A DNA stretch of 64,000 nucleotides from an uncultured Chryseobacterium sp. Lineage in GTDB: Bacteria; Bacteroidota; Bacteroidia; Flavobacteriales_F; PHOS-HE28. Under the pieces are notes generated by a model. That model was not told where the DNA came from and did no database searches. It was given only the letters and a program-made list of their open reading frames with translations. The translations under genes and the position numbers were made by a program. Positions 29,216 through 37,415 of this stretch are shown here, piece after piece (within the stretch, counting starts at the first letter, position 1; every line of letters starts with the position of its first letter). The stretch covers positions 6,984-70,983 of the forward strand of contig CAYXKE010000004.1 in assembly GCA_964464935.1 (NCBI GenBank), written 5' to 3'.

Positions 29216-30708
29216 TGGCCGCCCACTGGAGCGAGCGCTGGGAACTGGTGGTGGGGCTGGAGGTGCACGCCCAGCTGCGCACCGCGAGCAAGGCCTACAG
29301 CACGGACCCGAACGCCTACGGCGACCACCCCAACACGAACGTGAGCGCGGTGACCCTGGGCCTGCCGGGCACGCTGCCCGTGGCCAACCGCAAGGTGGTG
29401 GAGCTGGCGGTGCGCATGGGGCTGGCCACCCAAAGCACCATTGCGCCGTGGATGCACTACGCCCGCAAGAACTACTTCTATCCCGACCTGCCCAAGGGGT
29501 ACCAGATCACCCAGGACAAGACCCCCATCTGTACCAACGGGCACGTGGAGATCGAACTCGAGGGAGCGGAGGGCCCGCGCACCAAGCGCATCGGCATCAC
29601 CCGCATCCACATGGAGGAGGACGCAGGCAAGAGCATCCACGACATCGACCCGTTCAACACACTTGTGGACCTGAACCGCGCCGGTGTGCCCCTGATCGAG
29701 ATCGTGAGCGAGCCCGATATCCGCAGTGGGGAAGAAGCTTACGCGTACCTCACGGAGATCCGACGACTGGTGCGCTACCTGGACATCTGCGACGGCAACA
29801 TGGAGGAAGGCAGCCTGCGGTGTGATGCCAACATCAGTGTTCGGCCCAAGGGCAGCACCACCTTCGGCACCCGTTGCGAGGTGAAGAACATGAACAGCTT
29901 CCGCAACGTGCAGCGCGCCATCGAGTACGAGGCGCAGCGGCAGGCGGAACTGTTGGAAGCCGGTGGAACGGTCCACATGGAGACGCGCACCTTCGATGCC
30001 GCCCGGGGAGTCACCATCAGTATGCGCAGCAAGGAGATGGCGCATGACTACCGCTACTTCCCCGAGCCGGACCTGACGCCCGTGACGGTGGACGAGGCGA
30101 TGAAGGAGGCCATCCGCCGCACCATGCCGCCGCTGCCGCGCGAGCTGCGTGCACGCTACACACAGCAACTGGGCCTGAGCACCTACGATGCGGCCGTGCT
30201 CACGGACGACAAGGCCACTGCGATGTACTTCGAGGAGGTGCTCAGCCATGTGCCGGCCCACCTCGCCAAAGCCGCGGCCAACTGGGTGATGGGCGACGTG
30301 CGTGGCTGGCTCAACGAGCGCGGCCTGCCCATGGAGCATTTCCCCGTGACCGCTGACCGCCTCGCCGCACTGATCACCATGGTCGACCACGGGCAGGTGA
30401 GCCACAGTACGGCCAGCCAGAAGATCTTCCCGCTCATGCTGGAATACACGGATGCGGGGCCCATGGACCTCGCCACCCGGCATGACCTGCTGCAGGACAC
30501 GGACGAGGGCTTGATCGAGGACCTGATGCGCCAGGCCATGACCCGCTATCCCGACAAGGTCGATGCCTACCGCAAAGGCAGCAAGGGCCTCCTGGGGCTG
30601 TTCATGGGCGAAGTGATGAAGGGCACCCGCGGCAAGGCCGACCCCAAACGCGCCAATGAAGTGGTTCGCCGTATGTTGGAGGACCGATCCACCAATCAGA
30701 CCCCATGA
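29215..30708 (+). CDS. gatB: Asp/Glu-tRNA(Asn/Gln) amidotransferase subunit B
   Basis: 497 aa. ..WELVVGLEVHAQL..KNYFYPDLPKGYQITQ..IHMEEDAGKS..RCDANISVR.. is canonical GatB. TGATG overlap with PNP. Confidence 0.95.
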   Translation: MAAHWSERWELVVGLEVHAQLRTASKAYSTDPNAYGDHPNTNVSAVTLGLPGTLPVANRKVVELAVRMGLATQSTIAPWMHYARKNYFYPDLPKGYQITQDKTPICTNGHVEIELEGAEGPRTKRIGITRIHMEEDAGKSIHDIDPFNTLVDLNRAGVPLIEIVSEPDIRSGEEAYAYLTEIRRLVRYLDICDGNMEEGSLRCDANISVRPKGSTTFGTRCEVKNMNSFRNVQRAIEYEAQRQAELLEAGGTVHMETRTFDAARGVTISMRSKEMAHDYRYFPEPDLTPVTVDEAMKEAIRRTMPPLPRELRARYTQQLGLSTYDAAVLTDDKATAMYFEEVLSHVPAHLAKAAANWVMGDVRGWLNERGLPMEHFPVTADRLAALITMVDHGQVSHSTASQKIFPLMLEYTDAGPMDLATRHDLLQDTDEGLIEDLMRQAMTRYPDKVDAYRKGSKGLLGLFMGEVMKGTRGKADPKRANEVVRRMLEDRSTNQTP

Positions 30709-31862
30709 TGAAGCATTTGATGGACAGCCGTTCCACCGTGTGGGCCGTGTGCCTGCTGCTTGCCGCCTGCGGGCCCCGTGGGGGCGGTGCGGGCACGCTT
30801 TCGGTGGAGATCGATGGCGGCGCCGGACGCATGCTTTACCTGGAGAACTTCTCGGGGCGCAGCTCGGTCCGCATCGATTCGGTGACGCTCGCCGCCGATG
30901 GCACCGGACGCCTGAGCCTCCGTTCGCTGCCGATGGATTTCTACCGCATCACGCTCCGTGAAGGCACGGACCTGGTGCTGGCCTTGGACAGCACGAGCGA
31001 CGTTCGGGTGAAGGCCCCGGCCGATGCGCTCTACGCCGCCACCGCTGTGACCGGTTCCGCGCCGGCCGAGCAACTGTTCCGCTTCCAGAAGGACGCCATC
31101 GCGCTGGAGGAGGAGCGTGAGCGCATCCGCATGCGCCTGCAGGAGCAGCCCGGGAACATGGACCTGCTCAATGAACTCAACGCCACCAACCGCCGCTACC
31201 TGGAGTTGTGCCAGCAGACCGTGCGCAATGACCCTGGCGCCCCGGTGGCCCTGTCGGCCGTGAGCCGGTTGGACATGAACGAGGAGTTCGAGCTCTACAA
31301 GCAGGTGCGTGATCATCTTTTCGCCGTGATGCACCGCTCCGGCTTCTACGTCCGCTTCAAGCAGCAGGTGGACCGGGCGGAGCAGGCCGAGATCAGCCGG
31401 CGCTTGCAGGAGGAGGAGCTCAAGCGGCTCAGCGCGGTGGCCCCGGTCGGTGCGCCCGCCCCGGAGATCCGGCAGGCCACGCCCCAAGGCAAGGAGCTCG
31501 CCCTGAGCGATCTCCGCGGGAAAGTCGTGTTGATCGATTTCTGGGCCAGCTGGTGTCGTCCGTGCCGGGTGGAGAATCCCCGGTTGAAGGAGGTGTACGC
31601 CAAGTACAAGGACCAAGGCTTCGAGATCCTCGGTGTATCGCTCGACCGCGACCACAACGCTTGGGTGAAGGCCATCCAGGATGATGGTCTGCCGTGGAAG
31701 CACGTGAGCGACCTGCGCTACTGGCAGAATGCCGCGGCCTTGGAATATGCCGTGAGCAGCATCCCGCACGGTGTGCTGGTCGACCGCGAAGGCCAGATCA
31801 TCGCCCGGGGCGTGCGAGCCGGCCAACTCGATCAGCTCCTGGCCCAGGCGCTCGGACGGTGA
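30705..31862 (+). CDS. TlpA-family thiol:disulfide oxidoreductase lipoprotein (thioredoxin fold)
   Basis: Lipobox ..LLLAAC. The C-terminal ..VVLIDFWASWCRPCRVENPRLKEVYAKYKDQGFEILGVSLD.. is an AhpC/TSA-Redoxin domain with CxxC. ATGA overlap with gatB. Confidence 0.85.
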   Translation: MMKHLMDSRSTVWAVCLLLAACGPRGGGAGTLSVEIDGGAGRMLYLENFSGRSSVRIDSVTLAADGTGRLSLRSLPMDFYRITLREGTDLVLALDSTSDVRVKAPADALYAATAVTGSAPAEQLFRFQKDAIALEEERERIRMRLQEQPGNMDLLNELNATNRRYLELCQQTVRNDPGAPVALSAVSRLDMNEEFELYKQVRDHLFAVMHRSGFYVRFKQQVDRAEQAEISRRLQEEELKRLSAVAPVGAPAPEIRQATPQGKELALSDLRGKVVLIDFWASWCRPCRVENPRLKEVYAKYKDQGFEILGVSLDRDHNAWVKAIQDDGLPWKHVSDLRYWQNAAALEYAVSSIPHGVLVDREGQIIARGVRAGQLDQLLAQALGR

Positions 31863-34800
31863 ACGCCCGGCGATATACCGCACTGGTCGCGGGCATCGCG
31901 TGGATGTCCGCGATAGTCCCGGTCGCGGCTCAGGAGTATTTCCAGCAACGCGTGGACCATGTGATCGATGTGCGGCTCGACGACGTGGCTCATACACTCG
32001 CCGGCACGTCCACCTTCATCTATCATAACCACGCACCCGCGGCGTTGGACACGATCTGGGTGCACCTGTGGCCCAACGCCTACCGCGACCGTACCACGGC
32101 GCTTTGCAGGCAACTCACCGACCACGGTGAGCTCGACCTCTACTTCGCCCGACCGGAGGAGCGCGGCTGGATCGACAGCCTGGACTTCCACCTGCTGGAC
32201 ACCTTGCGTGGCGGTGAGATCCTGCGTCGTCGGCTCACGTGGGGCTACCATCCGGACCATATCGACATCGGCTGGATCAAGCTGGCCCAGCCGCTGCGGC
32301 CGGGTGAGCGGATCGCCGTGCACACGCCTTTCCTCGTGCAGGTGCCCGATGCCCGCTTCTCGCGTCTGGGGCATACCGGCGAGGCGTACATGATCACGCA
32401 GTGGTACCCCAAACCCGCGGTCTACGACCAACGCGGCTGGCACGCCATGCCCTACCTCTCCCAGGGGGAGTTCTTCGCGGAGTTCGGCGCGTACGACGTG
32501 ACCATCACGCTGCCCAGTAACTACGTCGTGGGTGCCACCGGTATCCTCCAGAACGAGCCGGAGCGCCTATGGATGGACTCGCTGGCCGCGCTGCCCTTGC
32601 CCGCCTCCCGGAGCAACGCCTTTCCGCCGTCCGCGCCCACCACGAAGACGCTGCGTTTCGTGCAGGATCGCGTGCACGACTTTGCGTGGTTCGCCGACAA
32701 GCGTTTCATCGTGCGCAAGGGCGAGGTGGAGCTGAGCGCGATCTTCAACACCGTCACCACCTGGGCCCTCTTCACACCGGCCAACGCCGCCAGCTGGGAC
32801 CGCGTGGCCATCACGGCCATCAACGAGAGCGTGCGCCTGTTCAGCGAATGGGTGGGTGAGTATCGCTACGAAGCATGCACGGCGGTGGATGGGACCATCA
32901 GCGCCGGTGGCGGGATGGAGTACCCCATGATCACCGTGATCGGCAACATGGCCGATGATGTGTCGCTGGAGGAGGTGATCGCGCACGAGGTGGGCCACAA
33001 CTGGTTCCAAGGCATGCTGGCCAGCAACGAGCGGGACCATCCCTGGCTGGACGAGGGCCTGAACAGTTTCATCGAGCTGCGGTACATGCGCGCGCGCCAT
33101 CCGCGTGGAAGCATGGTCATGGCCATGCCCGGCATGCGGGGCGTGCTTTCCCATGTGAAGGACCCGCACCGCTTCCAGTTGGATGCGATGCATGCACTGA
33201 ACGCGCGCCGCAACCTGGACCAGCCGCTCAACGCGGGATCCACGGCGTTCACACCCACGAACTACGGTTCGATGGTGTATGTCAAGAGCGCGATGGTGCT
33301 CGACCAGCTGCTGGCCACAGTGGGCCCCCAGCGGATGGACCGGGCGATGCGGGCCTATTTCGAGGAGTGGCAGTATCGCCATCCGGGCCCGGACGATCTG
33401 CGCCGCTCGCTGGAGCGCGACCTCGGCATGGACCTGGGCTGGCTGTTCGAGGAGCTGGTGGCCACCGACCACAAGGTGGACCTGCGAGCCACGCGGTTGC
33501 AAGGCGATCGGTTCACTTACACCAGCACGGCCACGCACACCATGCCCATGCCCGTGACGGGATGGCGCGGCGATCAACTGCTGGGCACCACATGGGTCGA
33601 CATGCGGCCGGGTCGCGGCACGGCCACCCTGCCCTGGCCCGACGCGGACCGCGTACGTATCGACGCCGACGAGCGCACCCTCGACATCGATCGTCGGAAC
33701 AACGAAGTGCGCAGCCACGGTCTGTTCCGTGGGTGGGTTCGTCCGCAACTGCAACTGCTGGCCGGCGTGGAACGGAGCGATCGGCGCACCTGGTATTACG
33801 CACCACTGCTGTCATGGAGCGGCCACGAGGGTATGCAGGTGGGCCTGGGCACTTGGAACACGGTGTTCCCCGCCCAACGGAACGAAGCGGTGGTGGCGGT
33901 GCTGATGGGCGCCAGTGGCATGCCCACGGGCGCTGCACGCTTCACCCATCATTTCGACCGGCTCCGCGGGAGCATCTTCCGCAATGTGCACGTGGGCATC
34001 AGCGGACGCAGCGCCTCCACGTTCCATGACCATCACATGGACGCGTGGTATGGCAAGGTATCGCCGTTCGCGGAGTTCGACCTGCGGCGTCCGCTGGAAA
34101 AGCCTTGGACGCATGCCTTTGGGGTTCGGGGTGTGCACATCGCCCACCACACGCTCACCCAGGGTACGGAGCAGACGCGGACCACGCACACCACCGGGTG
34201 GAACTACGGTGAGCTGTACTACATCGCGCAGGACCGGCGGCAGTTGCACCCCACCCTGCTCCGGCCTGTGGTCACGGTGGGCGAGGAGTTCGTGCGGGGA
34301 GCGCTGGAAGTGGAGCAGGGCTTCACGCTGAACCGTCACCGTGACCAGTTCCGGCTGCACGGGTTCTTCGGCACATTCTTCCACAAGCAGGGCGGCCAGC
34401 TGCGGAACGCCCTGCATGCCTGGCGCCTGTCGTGGGGGCCACAGGACATGCTCTTCGATCATGCGTACTTCACGCGTGGCGGGGCGAACGATCTCACGGG
34501 CCGTCAGTTCATGCGGCAGCAGGGCGCGTTCAAGACCCCCTTCCTGCAGGGCGGCAGCGATTCGTGGATCGTGGCGATCAACGCGGAGCTCGACCTGCCG
34601 GGGCCGCTTCCGGTGGCACTGTTCGGCAGCATGGGCCGCGTGCCCATCATGCAGATCACGACCAGTGGCCGGACCACCAGTGCCGCGAACTATTTCGAGG
34701 CCGGCATCGGTGTGGTGGCGGTGCGTGATGTGCTGGAGCTCTGGGTCCCCCTGTTCGTGAGCGATCGCATCGCCGAGGAGGAATACTTCATGGGCCGCGA

Positions 34801-34879
34801 GCTCAGCGACCGCATCCGCTTCGTGTTCGCCCTGGATAAGCTGGACCTCACGCGGGTCCTGCGTCGCGTGCGTCCCTGA
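31859..34879 (+). CDS. M1-family zinc metallopeptidase with large C-terminal extension
   Basis: GTG 31859 (GTGA overlap with the upstream stop) gives signal peptide VNARRYTALVAGIAWMSAIVPVAAQ. ..GGMEYPM.. and HEVGHNWF-x18-E are the gluzincin motifs. The roughly 450 aa after the catalytic domain are unassigned. Confidence 0.8.
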   Translation: MNARRYTALVAGIAWMSAIVPVAAQEYFQQRVDHVIDVRLDDVAHTLAGTSTFIYHNHAPAALDTIWVHLWPNAYRDRTTALCRQLTDHGELDLYFARPEERGWIDSLDFHLLDTLRGGEILRRRLTWGYHPDHIDIGWIKLAQPLRPGERIAVHTPFLVQVPDARFSRLGHTGEAYMITQWYPKPAVYDQRGWHAMPYLSQGEFFAEFGAYDVTITLPSNYVVGATGILQNEPERLWMDSLAALPLPASRSNAFPPSAPTTKTLRFVQDRVHDFAWFADKRFIVRKGEVELSAIFNTVTTWALFTPANAASWDRVAITAINESVRLFSEWVGEYRYEACTAVDGTISAGGGMEYPMITVIGNMADDVSLEEVIAHEVGHNWFQGMLASNERDHPWLDEGLNSFIELRYMRARHPRGSMVMAMPGMRGVLSHVKDPHRFQLDAMHALNARRNLDQPLNAGSTAFTPTNYGSMVYVKSAMVLDQLLATVGPQRMDRAMRAYFEEWQYRHPGPDDLRRSLERDLGMDLGWLFEELVATDHKVDLRATRLQGDRFTYTSTATHTMPMPVTGWRGDQLLGTTWVDMRPGRGTATLPWPDADRVRIDADERTLDIDRRNNEVRSHGLFRGWVRPQLQLLAGVERSDRRTWYYAPLLSWSGHEGMQVGLGTWNTVFPAQRNEAVVAVLMGASGMPTGAARFTHHFDRLRGSIFRNVHVGISGRSASTFHDHHMDAWYGKVSPFAEFDLRRPLEKPWTHAFGVRGVHIAHHTLTQGTEQTRTTHTTGWNYGELYYIAQDRRQLHPTLLRPVVTVGEEFVRGALEVEQGFTLNRHRDQFRLHGFFGTFFHKQGGQLRNALHAWRLSWGPQDMLFDHAYFTRGGANDLTGRQFMRQQGAFKTPFLQGGSDSWIVAINAELDLPGPLPVALFGSMGRVPIMQITTSGRTTSAANYFEAGIGVVAVRDVLELWVPLFVSDRIAEEEYFMGRELSDRIRFVFALDKLDLTRVLRRVRP

Positions 34880-34884
34880 GGTGA

Positions 34885-37314
34885 TCAACGGGTCACCACC
34901 ACCGTGCCCACGGTCGATCCCCCGTCACCGCCGTCGATCCATTGGACCCGATAGGTGCCCGCAGAGAGCCCGCTGAGATCCATGCGGATGGAAGCGCCCT
35001 GCATCGCCGATCCACGCACCACTCGGCCATGATCGTCCAACAGACGCACCGTGCCCGAAAGCGCGCGGTCCGTTCCGGCGGTGATGATCACATGGTCCTG
35101 TGCCGGGTTGGGGTGGATGCGCCAGGGTTGCGTGGGGGTGTTCTCGCTGATGTGGGTGGGCACGTGCCGCCAGCCCAGGGTGTACTCGCCGGGCCGCACA
35201 TCATTGAAGTCCACGCGGCCCCAGCCATCCGTGGGGTTGAGCAGCGGATGCACGGAGAAATCGGGGTGCACGGTCCATGGTGAGCGCGCATCGGGCCGGT
35301 ACAACAGCACCATGTTGTCCTCGTGGAAGGGTGTCTCCCCTTGGGCGGTCACCAGACCCACATCCAGGTGGGCGGAGTTGGTGGTCGTGCGGCCATCGAA
35401 GGTGATCCGTCCGGCGATGGAGGTGCCTTCGGGGAACACGCCCACTACGCGCCACCAACGGTCGGGCGAGACGATGATCCCGCTCTGGTCGATCTCGGGG
35501 TCGGCACCCACCCAGTACTCCTCCAGTCGCACGGGCACAGGACCGGGCACCTCGGCCACCGTGAGGCGGATGTCGGCATGGCTGTATTGGTTGATGCCTG
35601 AGCCGGTCAGCGTGTCGCTGTCCACGGTGATCGCCAAGCTGATGCGTTCCTCGGGGTTGAGCACCACATTGACCGGTTCGAAGGGCACCACCAGCTGCAC
35701 CACCGAATGGCTCCCGCCCACCAGAACGCTGTCCGGTGCCTGCCACATGGTGCCGTCCGCGGCCATGAAAGCCACATGCAGGGGCACCTGCTGGTGGTAT
35801 TGGGCGGGGCCGCGCACCTTCTGCTGCACGTGCACGGTCACCAGGTACTGCACATCGCCCGGCTGCACGTGGAATGAATCCACCTCGAAAGCGGCCCATC
35901 CCGGCTGCTGGATGACATTGCTGAAGAAAGGCTCCATGTCCACGCCCGTCACCGCGGTCAAATGATCGCGCAGCATGATCGTGTTCACGGGCTGGTACGC
36001 GTAGGTGCCGAGGAAGCTCGTGAGGCCTTGGATGAAGCGCGCATCGCCCAGGTAGCCGCGGAGGCTGTGCAGCGCATCGGCGCCCTTGTTGTAGCTGTGC
36101 TCACCGTAGGTCCATTCCTGGGGCACCTCGGACAATGCCCACCAGCCTTCATCGATCAAGTGTGCCCGGTGCACCATCTGCCGGTGGTTGTTGCGGAACT
36201 CCTGCATGTACCGGGCGCGGCCATGGACATGCTCCAGGAAGAGATAACTGAGGTACTCGGCGAAGCCTTCGTTGATGTACATCTCCTCGGCGCGGTCACA
36301 GGTCACCAAGTTGCCCCACCAGTGGTGCGCGAGCTCGTGCGCCATGATGTGCTCATAGGTGATGTTGCCGTTGACGATGCTCGCGGGGTAGTGGATGCTC
36401 GTGGCATGCTCCATCGCGCCGAGCGGCGTCAGCACGTACCCCACCCGCTCCCAGCGATAGGGGCCGAACCAGGCCTCGAAATGGTCGAACGCATCGCGCA
36501 GGTGGATGAAGGAGTTCTTCATGGCCGTGGTATCGTTCGGCCCGGCCACCAGTTCCACGGGCACGTGCTGCCCCGTGATGCTCATGAACGTGTCGTGCAC
36601 CACCGCGTAGTTGCTGGCCGCCACCGAGGCGAGGTAGGAGGGTACGGGGTCCGCCAGCTGCCAGTGGCGTTCGATGACATCGCCATCGAGCAGTGATTCG
36701 CTCTGCAGCGTGCCGTTGCACCACGCCTTCCGCCCGCCATTGGTGCGTACGATGAACTCGTAGGTGCTGCGCTCCATGAAATTGTCCACGCACGGGAACA
36801 TGGAGCGTCCGTAGGAGTGGGGCACGCTCTGGAACGCCACACCGAGATTGTATTGATGGTTGCCGCTGAAATAGAAGCCACCGAACCCACCGGGATCGGT
36901 CAGCGGTGTGCCGCGGTAGTGCACGGTGAAGGTGACGGTGTCATCGGTGGTGAGCGGTGCCGACCAGTTGATGGTGAGGGCCTCACCCACATGGCTGTGC
37001 GTGAGGATGCCTTGCGGTCCGGTCACGGAATCCACGGTGAAGGCGGCCAGGTCCAACGTGAACTGATCGATCCCCGCGTTGCGGGGCGTGGCCGTGATGG
37101 TGCACCGGCCTTGAAGGGTGGGCGGCGTCGTGAGGTCCAGGTGAACTTGGTGGTGCAGCAGGTCCATCGGGTGTTCGGGCGAACCACCTCCCTTCGCACG
37201 GCCTGAGGAGCGTTTATGGTCCAGGCAGTTGTGCTGGGCGGACAGGGTCAGCGGCAGCGCGATCCCGATCAGGGTGGTGGCTGCCAGGCCGCGGATCATG
37301 GGTTTGATGGACAT
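34885..37314 (-). CDS. M1-family aminopeptidase with type-A T9SS C-terminal sorting domain
   Basis: The signal peptide ends ..PLTLSAQ. ..GAMEH.. plus HELAHHWWGN-x18-E (..INEGFAEY). The C-terminus ..IHPNPAQDHVIITAG..VRLLDDHGRVV..LSAGTYRVQW.. is a Por_Secre_tail-like CTD. Confidence 0.85.
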   Translation of the reverse strand: MSIKPMIRGLAATTLIGIALPLTLSAQHNCLDHKRSSGRAKGGGSPEHPMDLLHHQVHLDLTTPPTLQGRCTITATPRNAGIDQFTLDLAAFTVDSVTGPQGILTHSHVGEALTINWSAPLTTDDTVTFTVHYRGTPLTDPGGFGGFYFSGNHQYNLGVAFQSVPHSYGRSMFPCVDNFMERSTYEFIVRTNGGRKAWCNGTLQSESLLDGDVIERHWQLADPVPSYLASVAASNYAVVHDTFMSITGQHVPVELVAGPNDTTAMKNSFIHLRDAFDHFEAWFGPYRWERVGYVLTPLGAMEHATSIHYPASIVNGNITYEHIMAHELAHHWWGNLVTCDRAEEMYINEGFAEYLSYLFLEHVHGRARYMQEFRNNHRQMVHRAHLIDEGWWALSEVPQEWTYGEHSYNKGADALHSLRGYLGDARFIQGLTSFLGTYAYQPVNTIMLRDHLTAVTGVDMEPFFSNVIQQPGWAAFEVDSFHVQPGDVQYLVTVHVQQKVRGPAQYHQQVPLHVAFMAADGTMWQAPDSVLVGGSHSVVQLVVPFEPVNVVLNPEERISLAITVDSDTLTGSGINQYSHADIRLTVAEVPGPVPVRLEEYWVGADPEIDQSGIIVSPDRWWRVVGVFPEGTSIAGRITFDGRTTTNSAHLDVGLVTAQGETPFHEDNMVLLYRPDARSPWTVHPDFSVHPLLNPTDGWGRVDFNDVRPGEYTLGWRHVPTHISENTPTQPWRIHPNPAQDHVIITAGTDRALSGTVRLLDDHGRVVRGSAMQGASIRMDLSGLSAGTYRVQWIDGGDGGSTVGTVVVTR

Positions 37315-37318
37315 AGGT

Positions 37319-37326
37319 CAAAAGTA
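37319..37326 (-). promoter_or_regulatory. -7 box TACTTTTG only 4 nt upstream of the M1 peptidase ATG
   Basis: The minus strand reads cggcTACTTTTGacctATG (37330->37312). It is a perfect TAnnTTTG. Confidence 0.45.
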
Positions 37327-37385
37327 GCCGCCATCCATCGACGCGGATCGCGTGGAGGGGGGGCGTTGGGATCCATAGATTTGAT

Positions 37386-37393
37386 CACCCCCA
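37386..37393 (+). promoter_or_regulatory. -7 box TAGATTTG upstream of the 37416 gene
   Basis: Perfect TAnnTTTG, 22 nt upstream of the ATG at 37416. Confidence 0.45.
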
Positions 37394-37415
37394 TCGGGAT
37401 CCCGCCCCCCTACGG

